DNA from: an uncultured bacterium
Lineage (GTDB): Bacteria; Chloroflexota; UBA5177; JANWHV01
DNA: 64,000 nucleotides
Assembly: GCA_963827235.1 (NCBI GenBank)
Contig: CAWHAE010000010.1
Location: forward strand, 96,001-160,000
Direction of reading: 5' to 3'
This document shows positions 39,701-50,524 of the stretch, piece after piece. Position 1 is the stretch's first letter; every line of letters starts with the position of its first letter. The translations under genes were made by a program, and so were the position numbers. Below the pieces are notes generated by a model. It did no database searches and had not been told where the DNA came from. It saw nothing but the letters and a program-made list of their open reading frames with translations.

Positions 39701-40396
39701 TCATCCCGCGAACTTGTAGCCGACTCCGCGCACCGTGATGATGTGGGCCGGATCGTCCGGCTGGTCTTCAATTTTCTCACGCAGGTGGCGTACGTGCACG
39801 TTCACGGTCTTCTCGTCGCCGACGAAGTTGTCGTAGTCCCATACCTGGCGCAGGAGCTGATCGCGAGTGAAGACGATACCGGGGTGCCGAGCAAGGTAGG
39901 CGAGGAGCTCAAACTCGGTCGTGGTGAGCTCGACGCGCCTTTCGCCTCTGTACACTCGTCTCCGTTCGAGATCGATGTGCAGCGTACCGGCGTGCAGCTG
40001 GCTCTGGCGCCCGTCCGCGGCGGCCAGCGTGCCGTAGGCCCGGCGCAGCAGGGCTCGAACACGCGATACGAGCTCCCGTACGCTGAACGGCTTCGTCATG
40101 TAGTCGTCGGCACCCAGCTCCAGTCCGAGCACCTTGTCGATCTCCTCCACCCGTGCGGTCAGCATGAGGATGGGAAAGGTATGCGCCCTGCGCAGCTCAC
40201 GGCAGACGTCGAAGCCGCTCATGCCGGGAAGGCGAACGTCGAGTATGGCCAGCTCCGGCGTGCGCTCCTCGACCAGCTTGAGCGCCTCTTCCCCGGTACG
40301 AGCAATGGCTACCGTCCACCCCTCCTGCAGCAGAGCATACTGGAGGCCTCGCGCCACTGCCGCTTCGTCCTCGACGACCAGTATATGCTCAGCCAT
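39701..40396 (-). CDS. OmpR/PhoB-family response regulator
   Basis: VVEDE, ILDV.LPG, GADDY.TKPF, VHVRHLREK, TVRGVGY. Confidence 0.95.
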   Translation of the reverse strand: MAEHILVVEDEAAVARGLQYALLQEGWTVAIARTGEEALKLVEERTPELAILDVRLPGMSGFDVCRELRRAHTFPILMLTARVEEIDKVLGLELGADDYMTKPFSVRELVSRVRALLRRAYGTLAAADGRQSQLHAGTLHIDLERRRVYRGERRVELTTTEFELLAYLARHPGIVFTRDQLLRQVWDYDNFVGDEKTVNVHVRHLREKIEDQPDDPAHIITVRGVGYKFAG

Positions 40397-40623
40397 CTTC
40401 AGCTCCCGGCGCCTCGGTATTCCGAGACTGATGGTAACGTCGGCGGGGACTGCACGCAATTGCCCAGCCCTTCCCCACACCGCCTGTATGCTGGAATGGT
40501 CCGATACGGACACGGCGTGGTTCTTGCGCTTTCATGTATCATTAACCTTGTAAGTATAGCTATAAAGATTTGGCAGCTGCGCAGGGCACACCAGACGAGC
40601 GAGGGAATCCGAGGAGAGACGAG

Positions 40624-41061
40624 ATGCGCGTGCGGTATCGATTGGTCACATATCCAGCCAGTCCCGCGGCAGAACAACAGGACATGGAGCGGCTCTTCCA
40701 CGAGCTCTGGCACGTGCGCAAGCGGCTGATGGCGCCGGCGGCCGAGTGGCGGCCGCGCACGGACGTGTACGAGACGGCCGAGAACGTCTTCGTCAAGATG
40801 GAGCTGGCCGGAGTGCCCGAAGACGCCATTGAAATGACACTCTACGCAGACCACGTCGTGGTCACGGGGACGCGAGAAGACAGCCAGCTCGAAGGCGCAC
40901 GCGACCCGGCCGCGGACAAGCTCCTGGCCTTTTACGAAGCGCAAATCAGCTATGGGCCGTTCCGCCTGGAGGTTCGTCTGCCAAGAAAGGTGGACAGCGA
41001 GCGGGTGACGGCGGAGCTCGAGAACGGTTTCCTGACCATAACCCTCCCCCGGGCGATGTAG
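40624..41061 (+). CDS. Hsp20/alpha-crystallin small heat-shock protein
   Basis: PRTDVYET, ELAGV, YGPFR, AELENGFLTITLP. Confidence 0.92.
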   Translation: MRVRYRLVTYPASPAAEQQDMERLFHELWHVRKRLMAPAAEWRPRTDVYETAENVFVKMELAGVPEDAIEMTLYADHVVVTGTREDSQLEGARDPAADKLLAFYEAQISYGPFRLEVRLPRKVDSERVTAELENGFLTITLPRAM

Positions 41062-41148
41062 CGAGGCGAGCCGACGGAGTGCTAGAAGAATCGACGGGTG
41101 GGCCGGCATGCGCGCCGTCCTGGGTGAAGGGCAGTGGAGAACGGACAC

Positions 41149-43813
41149 ATGACAGACAACACAACCAAGCATGAAGACCTGCTGGAGCAAGCAGACGATC
41201 AGATCGCTCCCTCGGCTGAGGGCGTGGTCGTGGACATCGACAACGGCGAAGCCGGCACGCAACACTCCATACCAGACATCCTGCCGGTGCTGCCGCTCAG
41301 GGGACTGGTCGTATACCCCTATGCGGCTCTGCCGCTGATGGTAGGACAGGCGCGCTCCGTTCAGCTCGTGGACGACGCCATGCGCGGCAATCGCATGGTC
41401 GCGCTAGCAGCCCAGCTCGATCCGGCAATCGAGAACGCGGCACCAGACCAGGTCCGCCGGGTGGGCACGGCAGCGCGCATTTTGCAGCTTCTGCGCCGTC
41501 CCGACGGCGGGCTGATGGTGGCCATGCAGGGCCTCGAACGGATCAAGATCGACGAATACGTGGGCGAGACGCCGTACCTCATGGCGCGCATCTCCCTGTA
41601 TCCCGACGAGCCCGAGGAGTCCCTCGAGGTCGAGGCGCTGCGCCGCAACGCCATCGCGGCATTCCAGAAGCTGGTGGGACTGGCGCAGTATCTGCCGGAG
41701 GAGCTGGCCACGGTCGTGCTCAACCTGGAGGATACCCGCCAGCTGATTTATCTGATCGCGGGCAGCCTGCAGATCGACCTCGAGGTGAAGCAGGAGGTGC
41801 TGGAGGCGAATTCTCTATCCGATAAGCTACGGAAGCTCAACGACGTGATGGGGCACGAGCTCGAGGTTCTGGAGCTGGGAAGCAGGATCCAGGGCCAGGC
41901 GCAGGAGGAGATGAGCAAGGCGCAGCGCGAGTACATTCTGCGCGAGCAGCTCAAGGCGATCCAGCGCGAGCTCGGCGAATCGGACGACCAGCAGGCCGAG
42001 ATCAACGAGCTGCGGGATCGGCTGGAGAAGGCCAATCTGCCCGGTGAGGCCCGTAAGGAAGCCGACCGCGAGCTGTCGAGGCTGGAGCGCATTCCCACGG
42101 CATCGCCGGAACATTCCGTGATCCGCACCTACCTGGACCTGCTGATCAGCCTGCCGTGGAGCGACGTCGACCGGCGGCGAAATCGACGTGCCGAAGGCGC
42201 GCAAGATTCTGGACGACGACCACTACGATCTGGTGAAGGTGAAGGATCGCATTCTGGAATACCTGGCGGTGCGCAGGATGAAGCACGATCGCGGCCTGGA
42301 GGGCGGCACGGTGGACCGTGAGCCGCTTCTCTGCCTGGTGGGCCCGCCCGGCGTGGGCAAGACGAGCCTGGGGCAGTCGATTGCCAGGGCCATGGGCCGG
42401 AAGTTCACGCGCCTGTCGCTGGGCGGTATTCGGGACGAGGCGGAAATTCGCGGGCATCGCCGCACCTACATCGGCGCCATGCCCGGGTCGATCATTCAGG
42501 CCATCCGGCGCGCCGGATCCAACGATCCGGTGTTCATGCTGGACGAGATTGACAAGGTCGGGTCGGACTGGCGCGGCGATCCTTCCTCCGCGCTGCTCGA
42601 GGTGCTGGATCCGGAGCAGAATCGAGAGTTTCGCGACAACTACCTGGATATCCCGTTCGATCTGTCGAAGGTGACGTTCATCGCCACGGCCAACACCATG
42701 GACAGCATTCCACCGCCCCTCCTGGACCGCATGGAAGTGCTGCAGCTTCCCGGCTACACGGAGGACGAGAAGGTGATGATTGCCGTTCGCTACCTCGTGC
42801 CGAAGCAGCGGCGAGCGAATGGTCTCCTGCCGGCAGACATCGAGGTGACCGAGGATGCTCTGCACGAAGTAGTGCGGAGCTACACGCGAGAGGCGGGCGT
42901 GCGCAACCTGGAGCGGCAGGTGGCCACCCTCTGCCGAAAAGTGGCGCGGGAGATGAGCGAGTCAACCGGCAAGCCGGCAGACAGCGCGTCGAGCGAGAAT
43001 GGCGTCGCGCTCTCGGCCGCCGTGGCCGCGGAGGTGCCGGCCGGGGTGGCCGCGGCTCCGGCAAGTCTGGACGCCGCCCCGGCAGTGCCGGCCGCAACGG
43101 GCTCGGTGCCGGATGCTCCAATCGCCGTGTCGCCTGCCGTTCAGCCGGTCGTGGTGGATGCCTCGGCCGTGCATCGGCTGCTGGGGCGCGAGCTGTTCAG
43201 GAACGAGCAGGCCGAGCGGATCGACCGCCCGGGCGTCGCCACAGGATTGGTGTGGACGCCGGTTGGAGGCGACATCCTGTTCATCGAAGCGGCGCGCATT
43301 CCGGGGCCGGAGGAGAGCCTCATTCTCACGGGACAGCTGGGTGACGTCATGAAGGAGTCCGCGCAGGCGGCGCTGACCTGTGTGCGTTCCGATTCCTCCC
43401 GGCTGGGCATAGAGCCGAGCCTGTGGACGAAGAGCGCCATCCACGTGCACGTCCCGGCCGGCGCCGTGCCCAAGGACGGCCCTTCGGCCGGCGTGACGCT
43501 CGCCGTTGCCCTGGCCTCGCTGATGACGGGGCGCGACGTCAAGAACGACCTGGCCATGACAGGAGAGATCACCCTGCGAGGTAAAGTGCTGCCGGTGGGC
43601 GGGATCAAGGAGAAGATGCTCGGCGCGCACCGGGCCGGGATCAGGACCATCCTGCTGCCGGAACGGAACGTGGCGGACCTGGAGGATCTGCCCAAGGAGC
43701 TGCGCGACGAGATGACGTTCATCCCGGTGACGGAGATTGCGCAGGCCTTCGACGTCGCCCTGACGCAAAAGGTCGTGCCGGCCGATGTGGCCGCCGCGCC
43801 CGTTGCCTCGTGA
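41149..43813 (+). CDS. lon: Lon protease (single frameshift near 42160)
   Basis: LON N-domain, [48 protein letters not shown]. Confidence 0.95.
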
Positions 43814-43976
43814 AGCACCCGACTCCACACGTTCCTCGATGGCGCCGCGACAGCAGCGCCATCGAGGAGCGCGGCGCGCAGGAGCGGGCACAGTCTCGAC
43901 AAGCTCGGATGTGGGGGCCGATGGCGAGCCAGGCAGGGCGGCACACCGGCGGGTGCACAGACGGCGCTATCGACGC

Positions 43977-44555
43977 TCACCCGGCGTACTCGCGGCGCAA
44001 GAGCGAGTACATGCGCGCGTCGTAGAAGGCGCCGACCTCGCGCCAGTACCGATAGTCACGCAGGATGCCTTCCTCGGTAAAGCCGACCTTAGCCAGAACG
44101 CGCATCGAGCGCGTGTTGTCGAGGTTGGTCGTGGCCTCGATACGGTTGAGATTGAGCTGCGCGAAGCCGAGCCCGACGAGAGCACGCACCGCCTCCGTCG
44201 CCAGGCCGCGGCCCCAGTGGGAATAGGCCAGGTCGTAGCCGATTCTCGCCCGGTACGTCTCGTCGTCGACGCCGGGGAAGCCGGCCGTCCCGATAATCGT
44301 GTCGTCGCCCTTGAGCGTGAGGCCCCAGCGGATGCCGCGGTTGGCGGCGAAGCGCCGTCCGAAGGAGGCGATCAGCTCGTCCGCCTGATCGATGCCCTCG
44401 AAGGGGGCAATGTGCGTGGGTACGGCCACGCGCGGGTCGGCGAACATGGCGAACACGGCGGCCCGGTCATCGGGCGTCAACGCTCGTAGGGTCAGGCGGT
44501 CGGTTTCAATCGTGGGGATGGTGTTGGGGAAGCTCACGGGGTTGCGTGTCTCCAT
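43977..44555 (-). CDS. RimJ/RimL-type GNAT acetyltransferase
   Basis: IETDRLTLR, IGYDL..WGRGLATEA, NTRS.RVL.K.GF..EG. Confidence 0.9.
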   Translation of the reverse strand: METRNPVSFPNTIPTIETDRLTLRALTPDDRAAVFAMFADPRVAVPTHIAPFEGIDQADELIASFGRRFAANRGIRWGLTLKGDDTIIGTAGFPGVDDETYRARIGYDLAYSHWGRGLATEAVRALVGLGFAQLNLNRIEATTNLDNTRSMRVLAKVGFTEEGILRDYRYWREVGAFYDARMYSLLRREYAG

Positions 44556-45261
44556 GGTCGGTACGCTCCGTCGCATGCGCGGTCTGTGGACGTGACATCA
44601 GCGTACGGCGCAACGTATCATGGCTGGGCCGTCACGGCGCACGGCCCCTACGGGGCGCCGGGTGGGGTGGTGGCCCGCCTGCATGCTTGGCAGGGACGAT
44701 GCAGTAAGGCAACGGCGGCATACCGCACGATCGGGCGTGCACTCTCTGCAGTATAGATGGGATCGATCGGACTGTACATAAGCCGCCACGAGCGCGCATA
44801 TGGGAACACCCCAGTATCGATCAACAAGGCACCGTCACGATGCTCGAAACGGGGCCGCTGGCGGATCTCGTGGGGGTCGCCCGGCGCTTTCTGCTGGACT
44901 GGTATGCGCTCTGGCGCATCGAGGACGGTGGTAGATAACCCGAAGGTCAGTCCGGTTTGCGCGCGTGGTGTGACAGAGAGGAGCGGTAGTGGTCGACGCT
45001 GCGCTTCACCGTCCCTGGTGTCGATGGTCGATGACTCGAAGGTTAGCCCGGTTTGCACTCGAGGGTCCGGCCAGTACCGCGATTGAGCGCCATGATCCAA
45101 CCTATCGCCTCGCCGGCCGTGCTCGCTCGCTCAAGCACGTCGTCATCCTTATCCAGGATCCCTGGCTTGGGCTCGGCTGGAGCGTCCCCGATACCCTCAT
45201 CGTGATCGCATTCCTGGCCGTGCCCGCGGCCCTCACTTCCCGCTTTCTCAGGTAGCTCCTA

Positions 45262-45843
45262 TCACGGATGGAGCTTCTGCTTACTCTCGAGCATGGCGAG
45301 GAACGTCTCGAGGCGTGCCCGGCGCGTCTCGGGCTTCTTGGCGGTTTCGATCCGATAGCAGATCGCGTAGCGGTTGACTTTGTTGAGCGATTCAAAGAAC
45401 GCCAGGGCTTCAGGCCGCTTTTCCAGCTCTAGGCGGAGATCGTCGGGCACGATCACGGTGCGTTGCGACGCATACGCGGTGTCCCAACGGCCATCGGCCT
45501 TGGCCGCTTCCACTTCCCGTAGACCGGCAGGCTGCATCCTGCCGGCGCCGATGAGCTGTGCCACCTTCTCGGTATTGATTTTGGACCATCCGCTCTTGGG
45601 ACTCCGTGGCGTAAACTTCTGCAGCCAGAAGAGCTCATCGTACGGCTTCTTCTGGCCGTCGATCCATCCGTAGCACAGCGCCACGTCGAGCGCTTCGGCA
45701 TAGGTGACCGACGCCGTCCCGGAGACTTTCTTGGCCAGCTTGAGCCATACCCCCGGCGCATGCGCATGGTGCTCGGCGAGCCAGTCCTCCCACGCGCTCG
45801 GCGAGGCAAAGGGCATAATCGGCAGATTGGCCAGCATCTCCAT
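45262..45843 (-). CDS. YdeI/OmpD-associated family protein
   Basis: ALCYGWIDG, FTPR..KS.WSKIN, AKKPETR. Confidence 0.9.
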   Translation of the reverse strand: MEMLANLPIMPFASPSAWEDWLAEHHAHAPGVWLKLAKKVSGTASVTYAEALDVALCYGWIDGQKKPYDELFWLQKFTPRSPKSGWSKINTEKVAQLIGAGRMQPAGLREVEAAKADGRWDTAYASQRTVIVPDDLRLELEKRPEALAFFESLNKVNRYAICYRIETAKKPETRRARLETFLAMLESKQKLHP

Positions 45844-45927
45844 AGCCGTGAGCGTAACACGGAGTAGCGGTCACGAGGCTCCGCAATCCGGATGAGCGGC
45901 GGCCTTTCGCCACCGCAATTCCGTGGG

Positions 45928-46497
45928 CTAGTAACGTGCGTCGGCCGACTCTGGCAGGTCCCGCGTCGTGCGCAGCGGGGAGTGCCAGATCCACGCGACG
46001 GCCGACAGCATGGCCATCGCCGAAGACGCCATCGTCGCTCCGGGCCCGATCCAGGTGCCGAGCAGGCCGCCAAGCACGGCTCCCGCGAGTCCCGGCACAC
46101 CGAGACCAAGCACCCGCAGTGCCGCACCGGTGCGCCCAAGCAGCCGGATCGGCAACAGCCTCTGATGAATGGCGGCGTACGCCACATTGCTGAGCGCGTT
46201 CCCGGCAGCGACGAAGCACTGCGTGAGCGCCAAGACCGTGAGTGCGGGCACGGGCGGCAGTGACCAGACGATGACCGCCACAAAGTCCTGACCGCCGATG
46301 ACCATGAACGTCACGCCCGCGACCGCTGCCGGGCCATCTCCCCACGCGCGCGCCACGTACGGCGCCGCAGCTGCGCCAACAAGCCCACCGGCGCTCCCGA
46401 CGGTGAACAACAGACCGATCAATCCAGCGCTCACGTGCAGGTCCCGATCGAGGTACGGCACGAACATGGTCTGAAAGATCGAGGCGAACAGCACCCA
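45928..46497 (-). pseudogene. C-terminal half of an MFS transporter
   Basis: About 6 TM helices, LLGRTGA..GGLLGTWIG; no N-terminal half; breaks at the parS-like site. Confidence 0.6.
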
Positions 46498-46498
46498 A

Positions 46499-46514
46499 CG
46501 TTTCATGTGAAACG
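46499..46514. promoter_or_regulatory. Canonical chromosomal parS-like site
   Basis: CGTTTCATGTGAAACG versus consensus TGTTTCACGTGAAACA. Confidence 0.7.
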
Positions 46515-46756
46515 TGGCAGCGCGCGCTTCCGACGAGCCGTGGTGTTGAGGCGATTCGCGGGCGTGTTTCCATGACAGGACCCGCTGTCGACATGCATGG
46601 TACCGGGCTCCGCGGCAATGCTGCCGCCGAGGCATCCTGACTCATCCTACGGTACGGCGGCGTATCCAGTTGTGAACGCTTTCCCGGATCCTTCCTTGCA
46701 GGCGACGGGGCGGCGACGGACACTACAGGTTAACGAATGCGCAAGGTCGGAGGTTC

Positions 46757-48298
46757 ATGAAGCAGATGATGCAGCCCGATGCCGAGATCGTTTCCACGCC
46801 CCTGGTTATCGACGGGTCACCATTGACCCTGGCAGACGTCGAGGAAGTCGCCCGCCGTCGCCGTCCGGTCTCGCTCGCGAGGACCGCGGTGGAGCGACTC
46901 GCCAGAGGCCGAGAGCTCATCGAGCATATCGTCGAGCACGACGACACTGTATACGGCATCAACACGGGATTCGGAAGTCTGGCCCGGGTACGCGTGTCGC
47001 GCGAACAGCTCCTCGACCTGCAGCGTAACCTCGTGCGCAGCCATGCCGCCGGGGTCGGCGTGCCGCTCGACGCCGAGGTTGCGCGGGCCATGCTACTGAT
47101 CACGGCGGCCAGCCTGGCTCGTGGGCACTCGGGGGTCCGCCCCGACGTGGTGGAGCTGCTGCTGGGCATGCTCAACAGGGACGTCCTGCCCGTCATACCG
47201 TCGCAGGGATCGGTCGGGGCAAGCGGCGACCTGGCACCGCTGGCGCATCTGGCTCTGGTTCTGATCGGCGAGGGCGAGGCCACGGTGAGCGGCAGGCGGA
47301 TGCAGGGATCCGCCGCCCTGCAGGAGGCGGGGCTGACGTCGATCACGCTTCAGGCAAAGGAGGGTTTGGCGCTGATCAACGGCACACACCTGATGTGCTC
47401 GGTGGGCGCGCTGGCGGTGCACGATGCCCTGCGCCTTGTCGCCGGCGCCGAGACGGCGGCCGCGGCGAGCCTGGATGCGTTGAAGGGCACGGACGTTGCC
47501 TTCGATGCCAGGATTCACCGCCTGCGCCCGCATCCCGGCCAACAGGCCGTGGCGGAGCGATTGCGCTACCTGCTGCGAGGCAGCGAGATCAGGCGCAGTC
47601 ACGAGGGCTGTACGCGCGTGCAGGATCCCTACACGCTGCGCTGCATCCCTCAGGTGCTGGGAGCAGTGCGCGACGCCATCACCTACTGCGGCGAGGTTTT
47701 CACCATCGAGCTTGGCGCCGTGACGGACAATCCGCTCAGCTTTCCCGAGGACGGAGACGTGATCTCAGGGGGAAACTTCCACGGCCAGCCGGTCGCGCTG
47801 GCCCTCGATTTCCTCACGCTGGCCATCTGCCAGCTTGCCTCGTTCAGCGAGCGCCGTACTTACGCGCTGGTAAGCACCTGGGAAGGCGACGCCGCTTTGC
47901 CGATCTTCCTGACCGAGACGCCGGGTCTGGGCTCGGGCTTCATGGTGGCCCAGTACGTGGCAGCCTCGCTGGTGAACGAGAACAAGGTTCTGGCCTATCC
48001 GGCCAGCGCGGACTCCATTCCGACATCGGCGGGGACAGAAGATTTCAACAGCATGGGAGCCACCTCGGCATGGAAGGCTCGACGCGTGCTGCACAACGCC
48101 CTGCGCGTGGTGGCGATCGAGACGCTGTGCGCGGCGCAGGCGCTGGAGTGCCGCCGGCCTCTGTCGAGCGGCCAGCCGATCGAGGAGGCCGTGCGGCGCG
48201 TGCGAACGCTGGTGCCACATCTGCAGGAAGACCGGTCGCTGGGGGCGGAGATCGAAACGCTGGCCGAGGCCATACGTGGCGGCCTGCTCGAGGTCTAG
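46757..48298 (+). CDS. hutH: Histidine ammonia-lyase
   Basis: YGINTGFG, NLVRSH, GASGDLAPL (MIO), KEGLALING, QDPYTLRC, GGNFHG. Confidence 0.93.
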   Translation: MKQMMQPDAEIVSTPLVIDGSPLTLADVEEVARRRRPVSLARTAVERLARGRELIEHIVEHDDTVYGINTGFGSLARVRVSREQLLDLQRNLVRSHAAGVGVPLDAEVARAMLLITAASLARGHSGVRPDVVELLLGMLNRDVLPVIPSQGSVGASGDLAPLAHLALVLIGEGEATVSGRRMQGSAALQEAGLTSITLQAKEGLALINGTHLMCSVGALAVHDALRLVAGAETAAAASLDALKGTDVAFDARIHRLRPHPGQQAVAERLRYLLRGSEIRRSHEGCTRVQDPYTLRCIPQVLGAVRDAITYCGEVFTIELGAVTDNPLSFPEDGDVISGGNFHGQPVALALDFLTLAICQLASFSERRTYALVSTWEGDAALPIFLTETPGLGSGFMVAQYVAASLVNENKVLAYPASADSIPTSAGTEDFNSMGATSAWKARRVLHNALRVVAIETLCAAQALECRRPLSSGQPIEEAVRRVRTLVPHLQEDRSLGAEIETLAEAIRGGLLEV

Positions 48299-48975
48299 CT
48301 GCGGCCCGGGCTCAGGGAACCACCAGGGTCTTGAGATTGTCGCCGCTCTGCGCCGCCTCCATGGCGGCACCGAACTCCGCGAGCGGGAACTCGGCGCTTA
48401 TCAACGGCTTTACGGTCACCGTGCCGTCCGCCAGGGCACGTATCGCCCGGGGGTAGCAGTACGGTCCCAGGTGGCTGCCATGGATGTTCAGCTCGCGCTG
48501 ATCGCCCACCAGGTTCCAGTCGATGGTCACCGGCTCGCCCATCACGCTGAAGGCCACCACGGTGCCCAGGCGCCGGATCATGGCCAGGCCCTGCTGCGGG
48601 CCCCTGGCACTGCCCGTGGCCTCGATATAGACGTCGCAGCCGTAGCCCTCGGTGAGCCGGCGCACGCGCGCAGGCGCGTCTTCTTCCAGCGGATTGATCA
48701 CCACGTCCGCTCCCAGCTGGGAGGCCAGGTTCAGCCTGTACGGCTTGACATCGACGGCGATGAGCTGGCCCGGGTTGAATCGGCGGGCAGCCTGCAGCAT
48801 GCACAGCCCGATGTTTCCGGCACCGGCAAGCACCACGGTGTCGCCGGGAGCGATCTCAGCGCGATCCACGGCATGGATCGCGCAGGCCAGCGGCTCGATG
48901 TAGGCGGCCTCGCGCCGCTCGACGCGAGGGTCGATCTCGTGGATCAGGGACCTGGAGGGCAGCGACATGTATTCG
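47955..48975 (+). repeat. Left copy of a 1,021-bp direct repeat (hutH 3' end + ADH 3' part)
   Basis: Matches 59112-60132 at constant offset 11,157 with about 10 substitutions. Confidence 0.97.
48312..48975 (-). pseudogene. 5'-truncated copy of the Zn-dependent dehydrogenase
   Basis: Near-identical to the C-terminal ~220 aa of 59469-60536; lacks the Zn-binding N-terminus. Confidence 0.9.
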
Positions 48976-49270
48976 ACTCGCCCGAGCCGCTGCTTGGTGG
49001 TCGCGCATGTCGTGCATCTCCGCTATCACGTGGCAGCCGCAGGACGGCTGGCCGCTGCTCGTGGCAGGATGTCGCGGAGTGATACCGGACACAGGACGCA
49101 GGCATCGAGCGCTGCAATGTAGCTTGACGCTGGACAGGCTCAATCGTAGACCCCGAGTTCTTCCGAGAGAGCGATCATCACATCAAGCCGCCGCGCGCCG
49201 CTCTGCGTCGCGGCGCCGAATTACCCTAGCTCGATCATGTGCGAGTGCGTGAACGGTGGCTGGCGCCAAC

Positions 49271-50524
49271 TCAGGCCACCACTCTAGTGGGTGCGGCCCC
49301 AGGCACGTCTGCGGCATTGGCACCAGCGAGGCGTGGCACGGGCGTCTGCCGGACCAGCCGGAAGTTGAGCACACCGCACAGTGCGACGAACGCCGCACCA
49401 GTGCCAATCACCTGGCGCACGCCCAGCAGGTCGGCTAGCGCCCCTCCCCAGGCCAGGGAGATGAGCAAACCCGCGGCCACGGTCATGTTGCACACACTCA
49501 TCACGCGGCCCATCACCCGGTCCTCCGCGCTCAGCTGGATGAGCGTGATGAAGGAGACAAGGGTGATGCTAAAGAGGAAGCCGACGGCGCCCACGGCCAC
49601 CATGGCCACCACCAGTGACGGCGCCAGTGCATAGGTCAGCAGCGCGCAGGCGTTGGCCAGCACAGGCCAGCGCACGAGGTGGTGGTAGTGTCGGGCCACG
49701 CGGCTACCGGCGACCAGCATCAGGGTGCTGCCGCAAAAGGCGCCCGCACCGTTAGCCAGGTAGAGCACACCGACCATGTCGGAGTGCAGATGCAGCACGC
49801 GGCTGATGAAGATGACGTCGAGCACAGTCAGCGCACCCACGCCTAAGCAGTACACGAAGGCGGTCGAGAACAGGCCGACGAGTTGGGTGCGGCGGCGCAC
49901 GTAGGTCAGGCCGATGGTGATCTCCTCCAGGAGCGAGCCAGCTGCTCCGGCGCCGGGCGGAGGCGGCACGGGCACGGTGGCCAGCACTGGAGCCGCACAG
50001 AGGTAGAGCAGTCCCAGGAGGAGCACCGCTCCATGGGCGCCCAGCTGCGCAAACAACAACGCGCCTCCTGCCGGTGCCAGCAGCCCGGCCGTGCTCTGCA
50101 GCAGGGAGAGGAGACTGTTCGCTTGACCCAGCTGGGTCTGGCCGACAATCACCGGCGTGCAGGCCGCGGCAGCCGGCCCGAAGAACTGCGAGGCCCCGTT
50201 GACAAGGAGCGTAGCCAGCACGATCACCGGCAACTGGGCGCGCGTCGTCACCAGGAAGAGGGGCAGCACCAAGGTGGCGCGGGCCAGCACGGCCAGGGCC
50301 ATCACGTGGCCGCGGTGCCACCGATCGACCAGGGCGCCGGCGATAGGCGAGAGTACCAGGAGAGGCAGCGCCTCGGCCAGCCCCACCAGGCTGGTGCCGA
50401 CGCCTGAATGGGTAAGCTGATAGACCCAGAGCAGGAGGAGCGCGCGCAAGGCCCAATCGGCGAACAGACTGAGAAATTGCCCGACCCACAGCCGGGCGAA
50501 CCCGCCATTGCGTAGCACCAGCAT
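49271..50524 (-). CDS. MFS transporter (MFS_3/H+ antiporter-like)
   Basis: FARLWVGQFLS, AGALVDRW, MGRVMS; about 12 TM helices. Confidence 0.9.
   Translation of the reverse strand: MLVLRNGGFARLWVGQFLSLFADWALRALLLLWVYQLTHSGVGTSLVGLAEALPLLVLSPIAGALVDRWHRGHVMALAVLARATLVLPLFLVTTRAQLPVIVLATLLVNGASQFFGPAAAACTPVIVGQTQLGQANSLLSLLQSTAGLLAPAGGALLFAQLGAHGAVLLLGLLYLCAAPVLATVPVPPPPGAGAAGSLLEEITIGLTYVRRRTQLVGLFSTAFVYCLGVGALTVLDVIFISRVLHLHSDMVGVLYLANGAGAFCGSTLMLVAGSRVARHYHHLVRWPVLANACALLTYALAPSLVVAMVAVGAVGFLFSITLVSFITLIQLSAEDRVMGRVMSVCNMTVAAGLLISLAWGGALADLLGVRQVIGTGAAFVALCGVLNFRLVRQTPVPRLAGANAADVPGAAPTRVVA

Noticed and set aside
40500-41100. CIRCE or HAIR heat-shock operators at hsp20-lon
   Set aside because: Only a half-site-like GAGTGCTAG near 41077; no complete inverted repeat
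42120-42200. Programmed frameshift or naturally split lon
   Set aside because: No slippery sequence seen; a single indel error is more parsimonious given the other frameshifts
44929-45061. Mini CRISPR array
   Set aside because: Only two degenerate units, a ~59-bp spacer and no cas genes
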